The translations under genes and the position numbers were made by a program. Below, one piece after another: positions 12,976-23,725 of a DNA stretch of 64,000 nucleotides. A model generated the notes under the pieces. The model searched no databases, was not told the origin of the DNA, and saw only the letters and a list, made by a program, of their open reading frames with translations. The DNA comes from the human T2T-CHM13v2.0 reference genome, Homo sapiens. The stretch is from assembly GCF_009914755.1 (NCBI RefSeq), contig NC_060930.1. One strand, given 5' to 3'. Positions within the stretch are counted from its first letter, which is position 1; each line of letters opens with the position of its first letter.

Positions 12976-13514
12976 TGTCTTTTAGTTTTCTATTGCTGTG
13001 TAAGAAATTACCATGAAGTAATGACTTAAAACAACTCACATTTATTATCTCACAGTTTCTATGGGTCAGGAGCCTGGGGAAAAACTAAGCTTGGTTGTAA
13101 ACTTCAGGGGCTCACCAAGCTGCAATCAAGCTATTGGCCAGGGCTGTGGTCTCATCAGAAGCTCATCTGGGGAGGAACTCATCTCTACATTTATTTAGAT
13201 TTTTGGCAGAGCTTATTTCCTTGTGTGGCAGGACTGAGGCCATCCTTGGCTACCAGAGGCCTCCTGCAGTTTCTTGCACTATGAGCTTCCACTTACTTTA
13301 TGGCAGCTTTCTTTCTCACAGCCAGCAAGGGAAAGAGATTCCAGGCTAGTCTTCTAGGAGTCTTATGTAATTGAATCATGGGAGGAACATATCATCACTT
13401 TTGCCATATTGTATTGATTAGAAGTAAGTGATAGATCCATCCCACTCCCAAAGGGAGAGGGATATACTAGGTCATGAACACCAGGAGGCAGGGATCTAGG
13501 ATCTGTCTGCTACA
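12976..13514 (-). mobile_element. MLT1E-like ERVL-MaLR solo LTR
   Basis: tg...ttctattgctg.gtaa.aaattacc, atttattatctcacagtttctatgggtcaggag, ctgcaatcaag, gggagagggga, terminal ctgctaca. Confidence 0.85.
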
Positions 13515-13559
13515 GCCTATATCTCCCACCACTGCTTTTGAAAAGTGGATGCCAGCAAT

Positions 13560-13890
13560 ATCAGATGTTTCTAGTTCTGTAACATACCATGTCTCTTTAA
13601 ATCTTTAGGAATTTATATATGCACTTGTGTGTAACTGAAATGTCCTTCCCTACTACATCTCCTCCAGTAATTCTTCCTCAGTGTTTTCTACCTTATATAA
13701 ATGTGATCATTCCCTTCTCTGTTCTCTGGATCCATATCCATGGTCATCCTCACCAGGCAGTGAGGTATGTTGCTTGTATGTCTCTACTGTATCAGACTGT
13801 AATTTCCTTGAGACTGAGGAGTATGTGTTCTTCTGTATCTCTAGGGCTCACATCTAATATTTGATTAATAAGCCTGGAGAATGGATAAAA
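13560..13890 (+). mobile_element. L2 3' fragment
   Basis: agactgtaatttccttgag...gtatctctagggc. Confidence 0.5.
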
Positions 13891-14038
13891 GGTGGCTTAT
13901 ATAATGGGAATTGATCATTGATCTAAAATGTTAGGCTGTAATATATTTGCCCTCATACTCTTTAAATAAAACTTAAAAAGGTATTTAGCCTCTCAGATAT
14001 ATTAGTCAGTTTTAATTAGGTAATGTTTTTGTATAACA

Positions 14039-14118
14039 GCATATAATATAAAAATTAAGCATATAATATATAAAATTAAGCATATAATATATAAAATTAA
14101 GCATATAATATATAAAAT
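14039..14118. repeat. AT-rich 21-bp tandem repeat, about 3.9 copies
   Basis: gcatataatatataaaattaa units at 14039, 14059, 14080, 14101. Confidence 0.9.
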
Positions 14119-14246
14119 ATAATCTAGATTTATAACAACAAAGTCTTATTTCTTGCTTACTTGATACTTTGGCTGTGATTCTGCTCCACATGGATTCTTT
14201 TTTCCAGGATCCACATGGAAGAAGCACCTGCTGTTTGGGACACGCA

Positions 14247-14361
14247 TTTTTTTTTGTTTGTTTATATTTTTATTGGGTACAGAGTAGGTATATATATTTA
14301 TGGAGTATATGAGATGTTTTGACACAGGCATGCAGTATGAAATAAGCACTTCATGGAAAAT
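14247..14361 (-). mobile_element. L1MA1-like 3' end fragment
   Basis: T-rich tail then gggtacagagtaggtatatatatttatgg...gagatgttttgacacaggcatgca..tgaaataagcac. Confidence 0.8.
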
Positions 14362-15363
14362 TGTTTATAATTTTTTAAAGAGATAATATAGCTCTGCCAG
14401 AACCATGTGATCATTCTTAAAACTTCCATGCAGCTATGGCTCACATTCAACGGGCAGAAGAAGATCATATGAGCAAACCTGACCCAAGTATAGTTTTAGT
14501 ATGAGGATGGCAGCAAATAGAAACAAAAATACAATCTATCACAACATCTAAAAGTTTTTCATTACAAGTTTACTAGTTGCAAATTTTGTAATTTATGACA
14601 TATTGTGTATGTGCTTTAAATATTTTTGTCATAACCTTAGAACTCATTCAGTTTTTGAAAATGTCCAGTCATATAAAATCACTTTGGCAAAGGCAGTTCA
14701 CACAGTCTTATTTGTTTTTTTTTTTTCCAGAAAAAAAATCTGACTTAAATTTTCAACTCAAATTGGTGCAAACCTATGGCAACCATCCATTCCTAACTCA
14801 CAGACAGGTAGATAGATACGCAGTTAAAGGCACAGAGCTATGCCATTAATTGCTTTTTTTTTTTTTTTTTTTTGTGTGGAAGAAATAAGGTTCTGGCCCT
14901 TCAATAATTCTTACTAAAGACCTCGTTGTTTCATTGTCAAGGGGTCCCTTTCAGGAGCCATGCATTATTGAATTGTCCCCTTGTTTGGTATCCTAGAGAT
15001 TTATACTCACCAAAGTAATGTTCCAAAGCAAGATCTGAGTGGGCAAGAAATATGCCATGTTTTGTCAAGTAGGGAAAATGTTGTCTGTGAAAGGGAAGTG
15101 CAGAGGCAGAATGGCAGGCTGGTCGGGGAACAAGTTCAAGAGCATTTCTGGAGTCAAGGATCTGGAAAATGATTCCCAATTTATTCACATTTGTGTATCC
15201 CTCTGGAAAGTCTTTGGTTCCCCATAGAGGTATACACAGCCAATCTGAAGATTATTTCTGTAGTACTGGAATGCTCTAGGTGCAGGTAAAGGTGCACCTA
15301 GAAAAATGAGTAAAAAGACCACAGCAGGAAAAGGAACCAGAAGGAAGAAAGTGGAATAACAAA

Positions 15364-16212
15364 TGTGATATTGTGAAATATGTATTTGGTCTTCCTCCTG
15401 TTTCCTGGGATATAACTCCTAAAATCCAGGGACTCTCCCAAGTGATGTGTCCTTCTGTATGCTAATGAGATAACTGGTGGCTGGGGGTCCTTAGGTAGCT
15501 TCAGGATGGGAACTAGTCACAGGAAAGACCAAGGCAGGATTAGAGAGTTGGGACTTTCAGCCCCACCCACCAGCCTCTGGGAAGGAGAAAAGGGATGAAA
15601 GTTGAATTGATCATCAATGGCCTATGTTATAATCAATCATGCCTTTGTAATGAAGCTTCCATAGAAACCCAAAAGGACTGAGTTCCAGGTGCTTCTGGAT
15701 AACTGAACACATGGGGGTTCCTGGAGGGCAGTGCACCCAGGGTGGGTATGGAAGCTCCATGTCCCTTCCCCCACACCTTGCCCTATGCACCTCTTCATTG
15801 TATTCTTTGTAATATCCTTTATGATACACTGGTAAATGTAACCAACTGTTTCTCTGAGTTCTGTGAGCTGCTCTAGCAAATTAATCAAATCCCAAAAGGG
15901 GGTCATGGGGTCCCCAATTTATAACTGATCAGATAGAAGTATAGGTGACAACTTATTAATTGAGATTGGTGTCTGAAGTTGGGGGAGGCAGTCTTGTGGG
16001 GCTGAACCCTCAACTTGCGGGATCTGATGCTACTTCCAGGTAGATGGTGTCAGGATTGAATTGAATTCGAGGACACCCAGCTGGTGTCTGCTGCAGAATT
16101 GATTGTTTGCTTAATTTGTGGGGAAAAACTTGGACACATTTGGTCACAGAAGCCTTCTGTGTTGATGGTGTAGTGTGAAAGCAGAGGAAAAACAGTGTTT
16201 TTTTGCTTCATA
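15364..16212 (+). mobile_element. MER21 (A/B) solo LTR, near full length
   Basis: Starts tgtgatattgtgaaatat.tatttggtcttc; contains tatgctaatgaga, gaaagaccaaggca, gactttcagcccc, ctgagttctgtgagctgctctagcaaattaatc. Confidence 0.9.
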
Positions 16213-17029
16213 GAGAACACTTACAGAAAAAGTGTGAAAGCTGAGACGTGAAAGTTTTCCCTGGCTGAAGCTAGCTAAGGGGATGACATGAAACTTGCTC
16301 CTCCAGGAGAGCAGGAGAAACCAGTCATGGGGTTGGATAAGAAAAGAGAATTTGGGGGTGCATCCCAGAGTGAGGAGTGATCATAATAGGAAACTGTCCT
16401 GGAAACCTTAATAAATCCACTGCACGAAGGATGAATATGAGCGGCAGTTTGAGGAAACATCATATATGTGGTTTCTCCAGTAGATTTCAGAGGAAGTTGG
16501 GGGAATCATTGATTTCATCTGCTCATCGCCAGTATGATTAATACACACTTCAGAATACACACACACACACAAACTTTCTTATTAATGAAGCCTACGTGCC
16601 TTATACAAGAAGCAAATCACAAAGCTTGGGAAACACTTTTCTAGGACATCTCCTGTCCCTGCTCCTACCCCTCTATCACCCACCACCACTTCTATCTTCT
16701 TTTCTTTACCTTATCTTTCTTTCTTCTCCTTTTCTTGTTTTCTGCCCCCTTCTTGCTCCTCCCTTTTATTCTCATCCTCATCCCCAAAGGCTTTACCTTC
16801 CCTCAGTTTTCCAATCAACAACGAACACTGATTTAGAAAAAAATCAACATACTTCATCCTTTACCTCAGAAAATCTTAGGAAGTGCTTTAGCCTGGGAAG
16901 AGCATCTCTGTTGGGAAAATGAATCATGGACGGTAGTGTCTCTAGCCAGGAAAGTCTCTCTAGCCAGGTACAATGTGGCCCATCACCAAAGGGCTTGCTT
17001 AGGGTCCTTACTCAAATCTATATGTTTGC

Positions 17030-17150
17030 ATAGAATTGTAGGATGCCAGAAGCGAAAAGAAACTTAGTGATCACCTAATTTAAAATGTTCTTTTTACAAA
17101 AGAGGAAACTAAGGTCAAAGATGGAAAAAGATGTGTCCAAAGTTACATAG
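17030..17150 (-). mobile_element. MIR3/MIRc fragment
   Basis: ttttacaaaagaggaaactaagg...tccaaagttacatag. Confidence 0.65.
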
Positions 17151-17479
17151 GACTGGTAGTTTTAGCAAATGTAGTACAGATAGTGTGCATATGCTGCTCT
17201 TTATCTCCTTTCTGTTGGGTTTTTGATTGACGACAGCCAGCTCCTATTTACCAAAGAGTAGGATACTTATGGTAATTCAGTAACTCATTAGCCCATTTGT
17301 AACCATGCAGCAGTTTTAGGTCACGCTGGAAGGGAATGAGGGCCGCACAGACAGTGACATATACCTGAGCAGACTTTTGTCAGTTCTGAGGCACATACCT
17401 CTGATGGAAGTCTTAAGCAAAATATACCCGAGGTTAAGACTGTTTAAAATGATCTATTCTCCTAGGAAGTGCTTGGCTG

Positions 17480-17645
17480 GTCGTGAGAAGATCTGGATTC
17501 CAATCTAGCTCTGCCACTGGGTTTTCTCTGAATGGCCTTGGGTAGTCCTTTCCCCTCTTGAGGCTTCTGTTGCAGCATTTTAAAATGTGAATCATACCCC
17601 ATGGAGTTGTGAGAAGCAAATGCATTGACGGGTGTAAAAGCATGT
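17480..17645 (+). mobile_element. MIR fragment
   Basis: ctggattccaatctagctctgccact...ccttggg...gagttgtgaga...tgtaaaagc. Confidence 0.7.
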
Positions 17646-17759
17646 GATCGATGTTCCCTGCTGCAATAATAAAGGGAGTTTAATTTGTATGACTGCCTTC
17701 CGCTGCCAAGGAGAATTGAGGGTTGTGTTTTCCTAGGTGAACGATACCCTCATGCCATG

Positions 17760-18355
17760 CTCTCACATTGCACTGCAACCCCCCGCCAGGGTCTCCCCTT
17801 CAGAGAGGCTTTTCTGACCAGCCCCTTAACATCTGAAGTGCTACCCACTGGGTCCTTCTCTATCTTCTTCACTGGTTCTATTTTTATCTTTTGCACTCAT
17901 CAGCCTCTATTATGCAGCATTTGTTTATTATCTTTCTCCCCCATCAGAATGTAAGATTCAGGAGGGCAGGGTCTTTGCCAGTTTTACTCACTGGCCTGAT
18001 CCCAAGGCCTAGGACAAACAGCGCCTTGCTTTTTTTTGGTGACAGTTTTGCTCTTGTTGCCCAGGCAGGAGTTCGGCTCACTGCAACCTCCACCTCCCAG
18101 GTTCAAGCAATTCTGCCTCAGCTTCCCGAGTAGCTGTGATTACAGGCACTCATCACCATGCCTGGCTAATTTTTGTGTTTTTAGTAGAGATGGGGTTTCA
18201 CCATTTTGGCCAGGTTGGTCTTGAACTCCTGACCTCAATTGATCTGCCAGCTTCTGCCTCCCAAAGTGCTGGGATTACAGATGTGAGCCACCACGGCTGG
18301 CCCAGCGCCTGGCTCTTCGTGCCTGTTCAACAAACATTTGCAAATGAATGAATAA
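17760..18355 (+). mobile_element. L2 3' region interrupted by an Alu
   Basis: cttcagagaggcttttctgacc...agaatgtaag..caggagggcaggg; tail caaacatttgcaaatgaatgaataaa after the Alu. Confidence 0.75.
18030..18302 (-). mobile_element. AluS (Sq-like)
   Basis: gttttgctcttgttgcccagg diagnostic; imperfect TSD cagcgccttgct (18019) / cagcgcctggct (18303). Confidence 0.9.
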
Positions 18356-18630
18356 ACGGGAGATCTCTTGAAGAAATTTGACGCAGGCACATGTAGCATT
18401 GAGCCCATCAGGAGTTGTAGTCGCAATAGGAGATGGAGGTGACTTAGGTGTGATGGTGATGGCTTGGGTGATCCACAAATTCAGATTTTGTGGCCTGAAT
18501 GGATGATTTGAATGCCCAGAGATATTTGAGCACTTTTGGCAGAATTTTACTTCTTTATTGTACAAGGAGAGTTAGGGATCAACATCTAGACATGGGTGGA
18601 GGTGAGACTGTGGGAGAACAGCTCATTCTT

Positions 18631-18820
18631 ATTTTATTTTATTATTTTACTTTAAGTATACATGTGTCATGGTGGTTTGCTGCACCTATCAACCTGTCAT
18701 CTTGGTTTTAAGCCCCGCATGCATTAGGTATTGGTCCTAATGCTCTTCCTCCCCTTGCCCCCTACCCCCGACAGGTCCCAGTGTGTGATGTTCCCCTCCC
18801 TGTGTCCATGTGTTCTCATT
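18631..18820 (-). mobile_element. 5'-truncated L1PA8-like 3' end
   Basis: ggttttaagccccgcatgcattaggtatt...gatgttcccctccctgtgtccatgtgttctcatt; perfect 17-bp TSD gagaacagctcattctt at 18614-18630 and 18821-18837. Confidence 0.92.
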
Positions 18821-21129
18821 GAGAACAGCTCATTCTTATAACATTAGCAGCAGGAGAAGATGAGGAGGCAAATAGGGGGTTAAAAAGGGAGGCAGAAGGG
18901 CCTGTGGCACTTAGAGGAGACTCTTCTGCCATCTGCAAGTGTGAGCCCGCTTTTGCTGAACAGAAGACGTGATCTGGGATGAACTGTTTACCCAAGCTGG
19001 GGAGCCTATTGATGATTGGCTGTACATGTAACCTGGAAGCTTCTGTTTTTGTGAAGTGAGAAAAAAAAAATCTACCCACAAAGAACATTTGGAGCACTGA
19101 TGGGAAGTACAACTGGTATTTCCTCAGAGAATGATGGTAGGGGCACAGATCTCAGAGCAACCTTGCTCTGAACTGACTTCCAGCAAACTGGGGTTGGTAA
19201 AACGGACTGTTGTCCACAAGTTGGTTGAGATCGAGGGTCTTGATCTCAATGGTGGTATATAAGGATATTATATTGTATGATATTATCTCTTACTATGTTA
19301 TACTGTGTTGTGTTGTAAGATTTTATATATTATATATCTACATTTGCATCTATACACACAGATATGCATACGAGCATACACACCTGTGTTATGAGAAAAA
19401 AGCAAGGAAAGAGGGAGTTGGGAACGTGTTGTGTGTCCCTTGAGCAGTGTTGACCAGCTGCAAGAGTCTCAGGGAACTCCTCTTGTGATTCAGCTGTTTC
19501 AGCACACGGAGTGCCTCTGCAGTGCTCTGCAATCCTTCAGGAGCCCCTGGTTGAAATGAGCCAAGCAGCACTTAAAAGAAATGAAAGAAAACAGTTAAAT
19601 GCAACTAATCCCCACTGCTGTCCCAGTTGGTAGCTGTGGAGCAGAATGCCAGCCGTCCAGAACCTCGCTCTGGGTCGCTGATGCTGGTCTGCCTGTCAGC
19701 AATCCCGGGTCGTTGTTTCTGTCCCGAGGCACACCTTGCGGCTGGGTGGTTAGGGGTCTGCCCTGGGCTAGGCAGGCTCCAGGATGGGAAAGCTGCAGGG
19801 TCAGCAGGGCTTTGCCTGGGTCTGTCTCTCCGAGAGAACAGCTCGCACTTCCCAGGTGTGTCTGAGTGTGGTAGATGGGGGAGTGGTGAGGTGGGGACCC
19901 TGGTCCTGTTGCCCTCGAGTGTGTGGAAGAGACATGCTCCACCTTGTGCTCTCCCTTCCTATCTCTTCTTTCTCAGGGTCTGAAGAGGCTTTCTTGGTGT
20001 GGCTGGGGGATCCCTTCCCTCCACACAGTCCTCCTGCCTTTGAGCAGTGGGGCTCATTTAGGGCTCCTGTAAGTTTCCTGTGACATCCCGGGCAAGCTGC
20101 TTTTCTCCTCAGGATGCTTTGTCCAGCCAGCCAAGTCATGTTCCATTGAGGTCATGGGAAATGGAGTCTTTTACACAGATACTTGCAAATGAGGGCTCAA
20201 ACTTGAATCCACAAGTTGGTGGCAGAAACTTGCATATGTCTATCCCCATCCTCTGGCACCCTCCACCCCAGCATCTGTTTCACACCTTTCCAGCTTGCAG
20301 AAACTCTCTGGTCTCCTTTGAGTTTCAGTCTTCCCTGGGGTTCAGTGGGAGCCATGATGTGTGTGGACCCTGGAGCTAGGTGTGGCTGGGAGCCTCAGGT
20401 CACCCTGGATGTTGAGTAAAGGCTAAGGGTTCAATTGGACTGGCAGGAACCTGTGAAACCAAAAGTTACCCATCAATTGCCAGAGTGTGTGAGGAGGACC
20501 ACACACCATTGTTTTCTTTTGTGATACACTCCCTCCTTGTCCCCCACCACCTCATGTTAGACTCAGTGTTATGTTATATCCAGGGGAGTTTTTCTTGGCA
20601 CAGTTATGGATTGGTCTCTATTTTTGATGTAGGCCACAGAACAATTGTTCTCAAAGACGGCAAAAAAGAAAATGGAGTAATTGTGACCCAATCCTCCTCT
20701 CAACTACCTGCTCCTTCATTTCCTGCCTCTCTGAAGAGTTTTAGATAGTACCATGGTTCCTTCTGCCCTCCTCGAAGCCCCACAGCCTGCCACTTCTCCC
20801 CTAAGCCCCCTTAGAAATTGTGCCATTAGATAAGGAGAATTTTAGAACAGCCCACAGTAATAAAGGTTAGTCAACTATGATATGTTTTACTCTAAAGGTT
20901 TTTTTTTGTTTCTTTGGTTTTTTTTTTTTTTGCCTCCAGTCAGCTCAGAAGCTGTTAATTTGGATTATGATTCCTCAGACTCCAAAGGTATTCAGACTGT
21001 GAATGCCAAAAGCCAGGGCTTTAAAGCACCACAGTTTCTCTCCTTTCCCACCCCCAAATTGGTGGTGAGTTATTTTTGACTTGCTCATTTCCAAAACTCT
21101 TCCAAGTTGAGTGCATGGTCCCCAACATC

Positions 21130-21790
21130 CTATATAAAAATCAAATCTTGACATCTTACTCAAAAACCTTCAGTGCCTCATGGCTACCTGCAGGATGAAT
21201 TCCAAAGAGTTAGCCAAACTGCTAAGTACAATTGTTTAGGTTGTACACTGCAAAATGCTAAGGTGCACCATTCTATGCACAACCATACTGAGGTCCTGTA
21301 ATAAGCAAAGCATTCAAAGCACTTCATAGTATATTTCCAAGAAACTCTTCTACTCTTATGTTCCCTAAGCCTATAGATGTACTGTTACCTTTAGCCAGTC
21401 TGGTCTCACTGCTTTTAAATGCACATTGAAATTTCCACATCTGGACCTTTGCACAGACTTTTCCCTTAGCATGAGGAACACTGCTTTCTCATCTTTACAT
21501 GGTTGAGTCTTCCCAGTCCTTCAAGATCCACCTGAAGTTTCACCCTCTCTATGACATCTTCCTTGCCCACACCACCTGGAAGCCATCTCTATTTCTTCTG
21601 AACTTCTCTAGCACTTGTCAATAGATCCCATGAGACACATTACACATAGCTGGAATTTTAGTTCTCTTTCCATTCACCCTGTATCTGTAACTAGAGTGTG
21701 CACATTTGAAGAGCCTGTGTTTAACATTTCCTGAATTTCCTAAAGCATCTGACAGTGCCTGATACACAATGTGTGTTCAACAAATTATTG
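21130..21790 (+). mobile_element. L2 LINE (degenerate), interrupted by MER91
   Basis: ttactcaaaaaccttcagtg..., cctttgcaca, tccttcaagatcca, acagtgcctgatacacaat..ttcaacaaatt. Confidence 0.75.
21214..21298. mobile_element. MER91-family hAT-Tip100 MITE with internal deletion
   Basis: tacaattgtttaggttgtacactgca...tgcacaaccatac..ggtcctg. Confidence 0.6.
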
Positions 21791-21889
21791 ACCTGCTAGC
21801 TGGTTGGTTCAAGTTGCATTGTGAAGAACCCATTGGCTCTCTCCCCCATTCCCTTGCTATTTTATTCCAGTTCCTGGAATTTCATAATA

Positions 21890-21943
21890 ACAGAGATTGT
21901 TCCAGAAAGCTGACACAGAGATGGTTCCAGAAAGCTGACACAG
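21890..21943. repeat. 25-bp tandem duplication
   Basis: acagagat(t/g)gttccagaaagctgac twice, at 21890 and 21915, one mismatch. Confidence 0.9.
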
Positions 21944-22002
21944 GCCATTTCCTCTAAACAAACCCATGTTTTCACAGGACGTGCTGTGGAGCTTTCTATA
22001 AA

Positions 22003-22113
22003 ACACACACACACACGCACATGCACACACACAGACACACACACACACCCGTGTTTGGGTTCTATCAAACACATTCCAAATAATAATAATAATAATAGTA
22101 ATAATAATGATAA
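22003..22113. repeat. Imperfect (CA)n then (TAA)n microsatellites
   Basis: Directly visible at about 22003-22048 and 22078-22113. Confidence 0.9.
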
Positions 22114-22119
22114 CAAAAC

Positions 22120-22360
22120 AATAACTATTTATTTGGTGCTTACCAACTGTAGGCACATGGACTAAGTACTTTCCATACATTCTCTTGTTTAATCCTCAGT
22201 AAACCAACAAGGTAGATATTTATATTTTCCCAGTTTTACAGATGAATAAATGAAGGCTCAAATAAGTAAAGCAATTTGTCTCAAATCACAGAGGTAGTTA
22301 GTGGAGGCCCCAGGGATTGAACCTTGTGCTGCTGAATCTCTAGGGTCTTAACCACTGTGT
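22120..22360 (-). mobile_element. MIR
   Basis: tttaatcctca...ttttacagatgaa...ggctca...gggattgaacc...cttaaccactgtg. Confidence 0.85.
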
Positions 22361-23585
22361 TGGTATACAAGGTTTTCCATGTCTAGTCAATAAAGCATCT
22401 CAAGCTCATCCTGGTGGTAAGGCAATCTGTGGGCTCAGGGAGGATCCTGATATAGCCAGAGGCCTTAGCCCTAACGATGTTTCTGCCAGAAACTAGTTAA
22501 TATGCCTTATCTTTCAAATTAAGTGATTGGACGAGATTCCTTCCTATTCTAAGAATTTATGTAACTACAAAAAAGGAAAGACATGGGCCTTGCTCTCAGG
22601 AATTTACAATCTTGTTGGGGAGGGAAGATATAAACCTTAGTAGAGAGAAAAAGCTAGCTAAGGTAGGTATGTACCAGCTGGGAGAGTCGTCAAGATCAGC
22701 AGCTCAAGCATGGCAAGAGGAGCTGAGAAGCTGGCGCTGTCTCCCTGCAAGCAGGGTGAGCTTGGACCTACCATCAGAAGGATGCCTTTTCTTGCAAGAC
22801 GATGAGCTTGACCTTCACAATAGGGCTCAGGGAGGCCCACTGGAGGAATGGTGCAAGTCACAACCCCAGGATGTTTATCAGCCAGGCCTTTTTGACCCTT
22901 CAACAAGATGTTTCTTGAGCAAATTTTTTGGAATTTTGGTGGGCTCTGACCTGCAGTTTTCACTTCCAAAATAACTTGACTTTTCTAAAGTGGTAATTTC
23001 ATTTTCATGATAATACTAAACTGAAGCCACATGATCTCTAATTGGAAGCAGGTCTTGGGCCTCAGAGTTGCCAAGAAACAGTAAGAAACATGCTTATTCT
23101 ACTACTTTGCTTCAGGCACTCAGCATTTTTGAGTGCCTGGGCAGAAATATAGTTTTTTAAATAAAGCCAATCCCTGAGAGAGGAGAGGGTAAGGGGAGGG
23201 GAAAGGAAGACATGGGTGGGGGGTGGTTAGAAATAGGAGAAGGGATTTTTTTTTTAATCCAAAGAGAGGAAAATAATACTCTATATTTTTGTATTTAAAT
23301 TTTCCTGCCTGTCTCTGCCATCTTTTAGTATTAGTGAAACCGGGGTGTGTCCCGTCTGTCTTGGGGTTGAGGTGGGACTGCAGCTGATGTTCCTTTAACT
23401 TTCCAGTTAGTATTCTGATTTGCTTCCTCCCAGCAAACACTGGGACCAACTTCATGAGGAAAATGAGGAATTATTTCTTTTTCTATTTTCCTTCCCACAT
23501 CATTTCCCATATCCTATTAATTGTATCCTAATGAGTCAAGTCCCTCTCCAGTGGCAGTAGAAAGACTGTTTTAATAAGTCTGTCT

Positions 23586-23725
23586 TTGCCCTTTCTTTTC
23601 CTTCTTTCCCTCCTCTCATCCCTCCCTTCCTCCCTTCCTTCCTTCTTTTCTCTCTATTCTTTTCTTTTCTTTTCGTTTCATTTCTTTCTCTCTCTTTATT
23701 TTATTTTATTTTCTTTCCTTTTTTT
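23586..23725. repeat. CT-rich low-complexity tract
   Basis: Polypyrimidine run directly visible. Confidence 0.85.

Larger units (their letters stand above)
13998..14543 (-). mobile_element. Old MLT1 (I/J-like) LTR containing a minisatellite and an L1 fragment
   Basis: tatattagtcag start, acaacaaagtcttatttcttgct, terminal aatacaatctatcaca. Confidence 0.6.
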
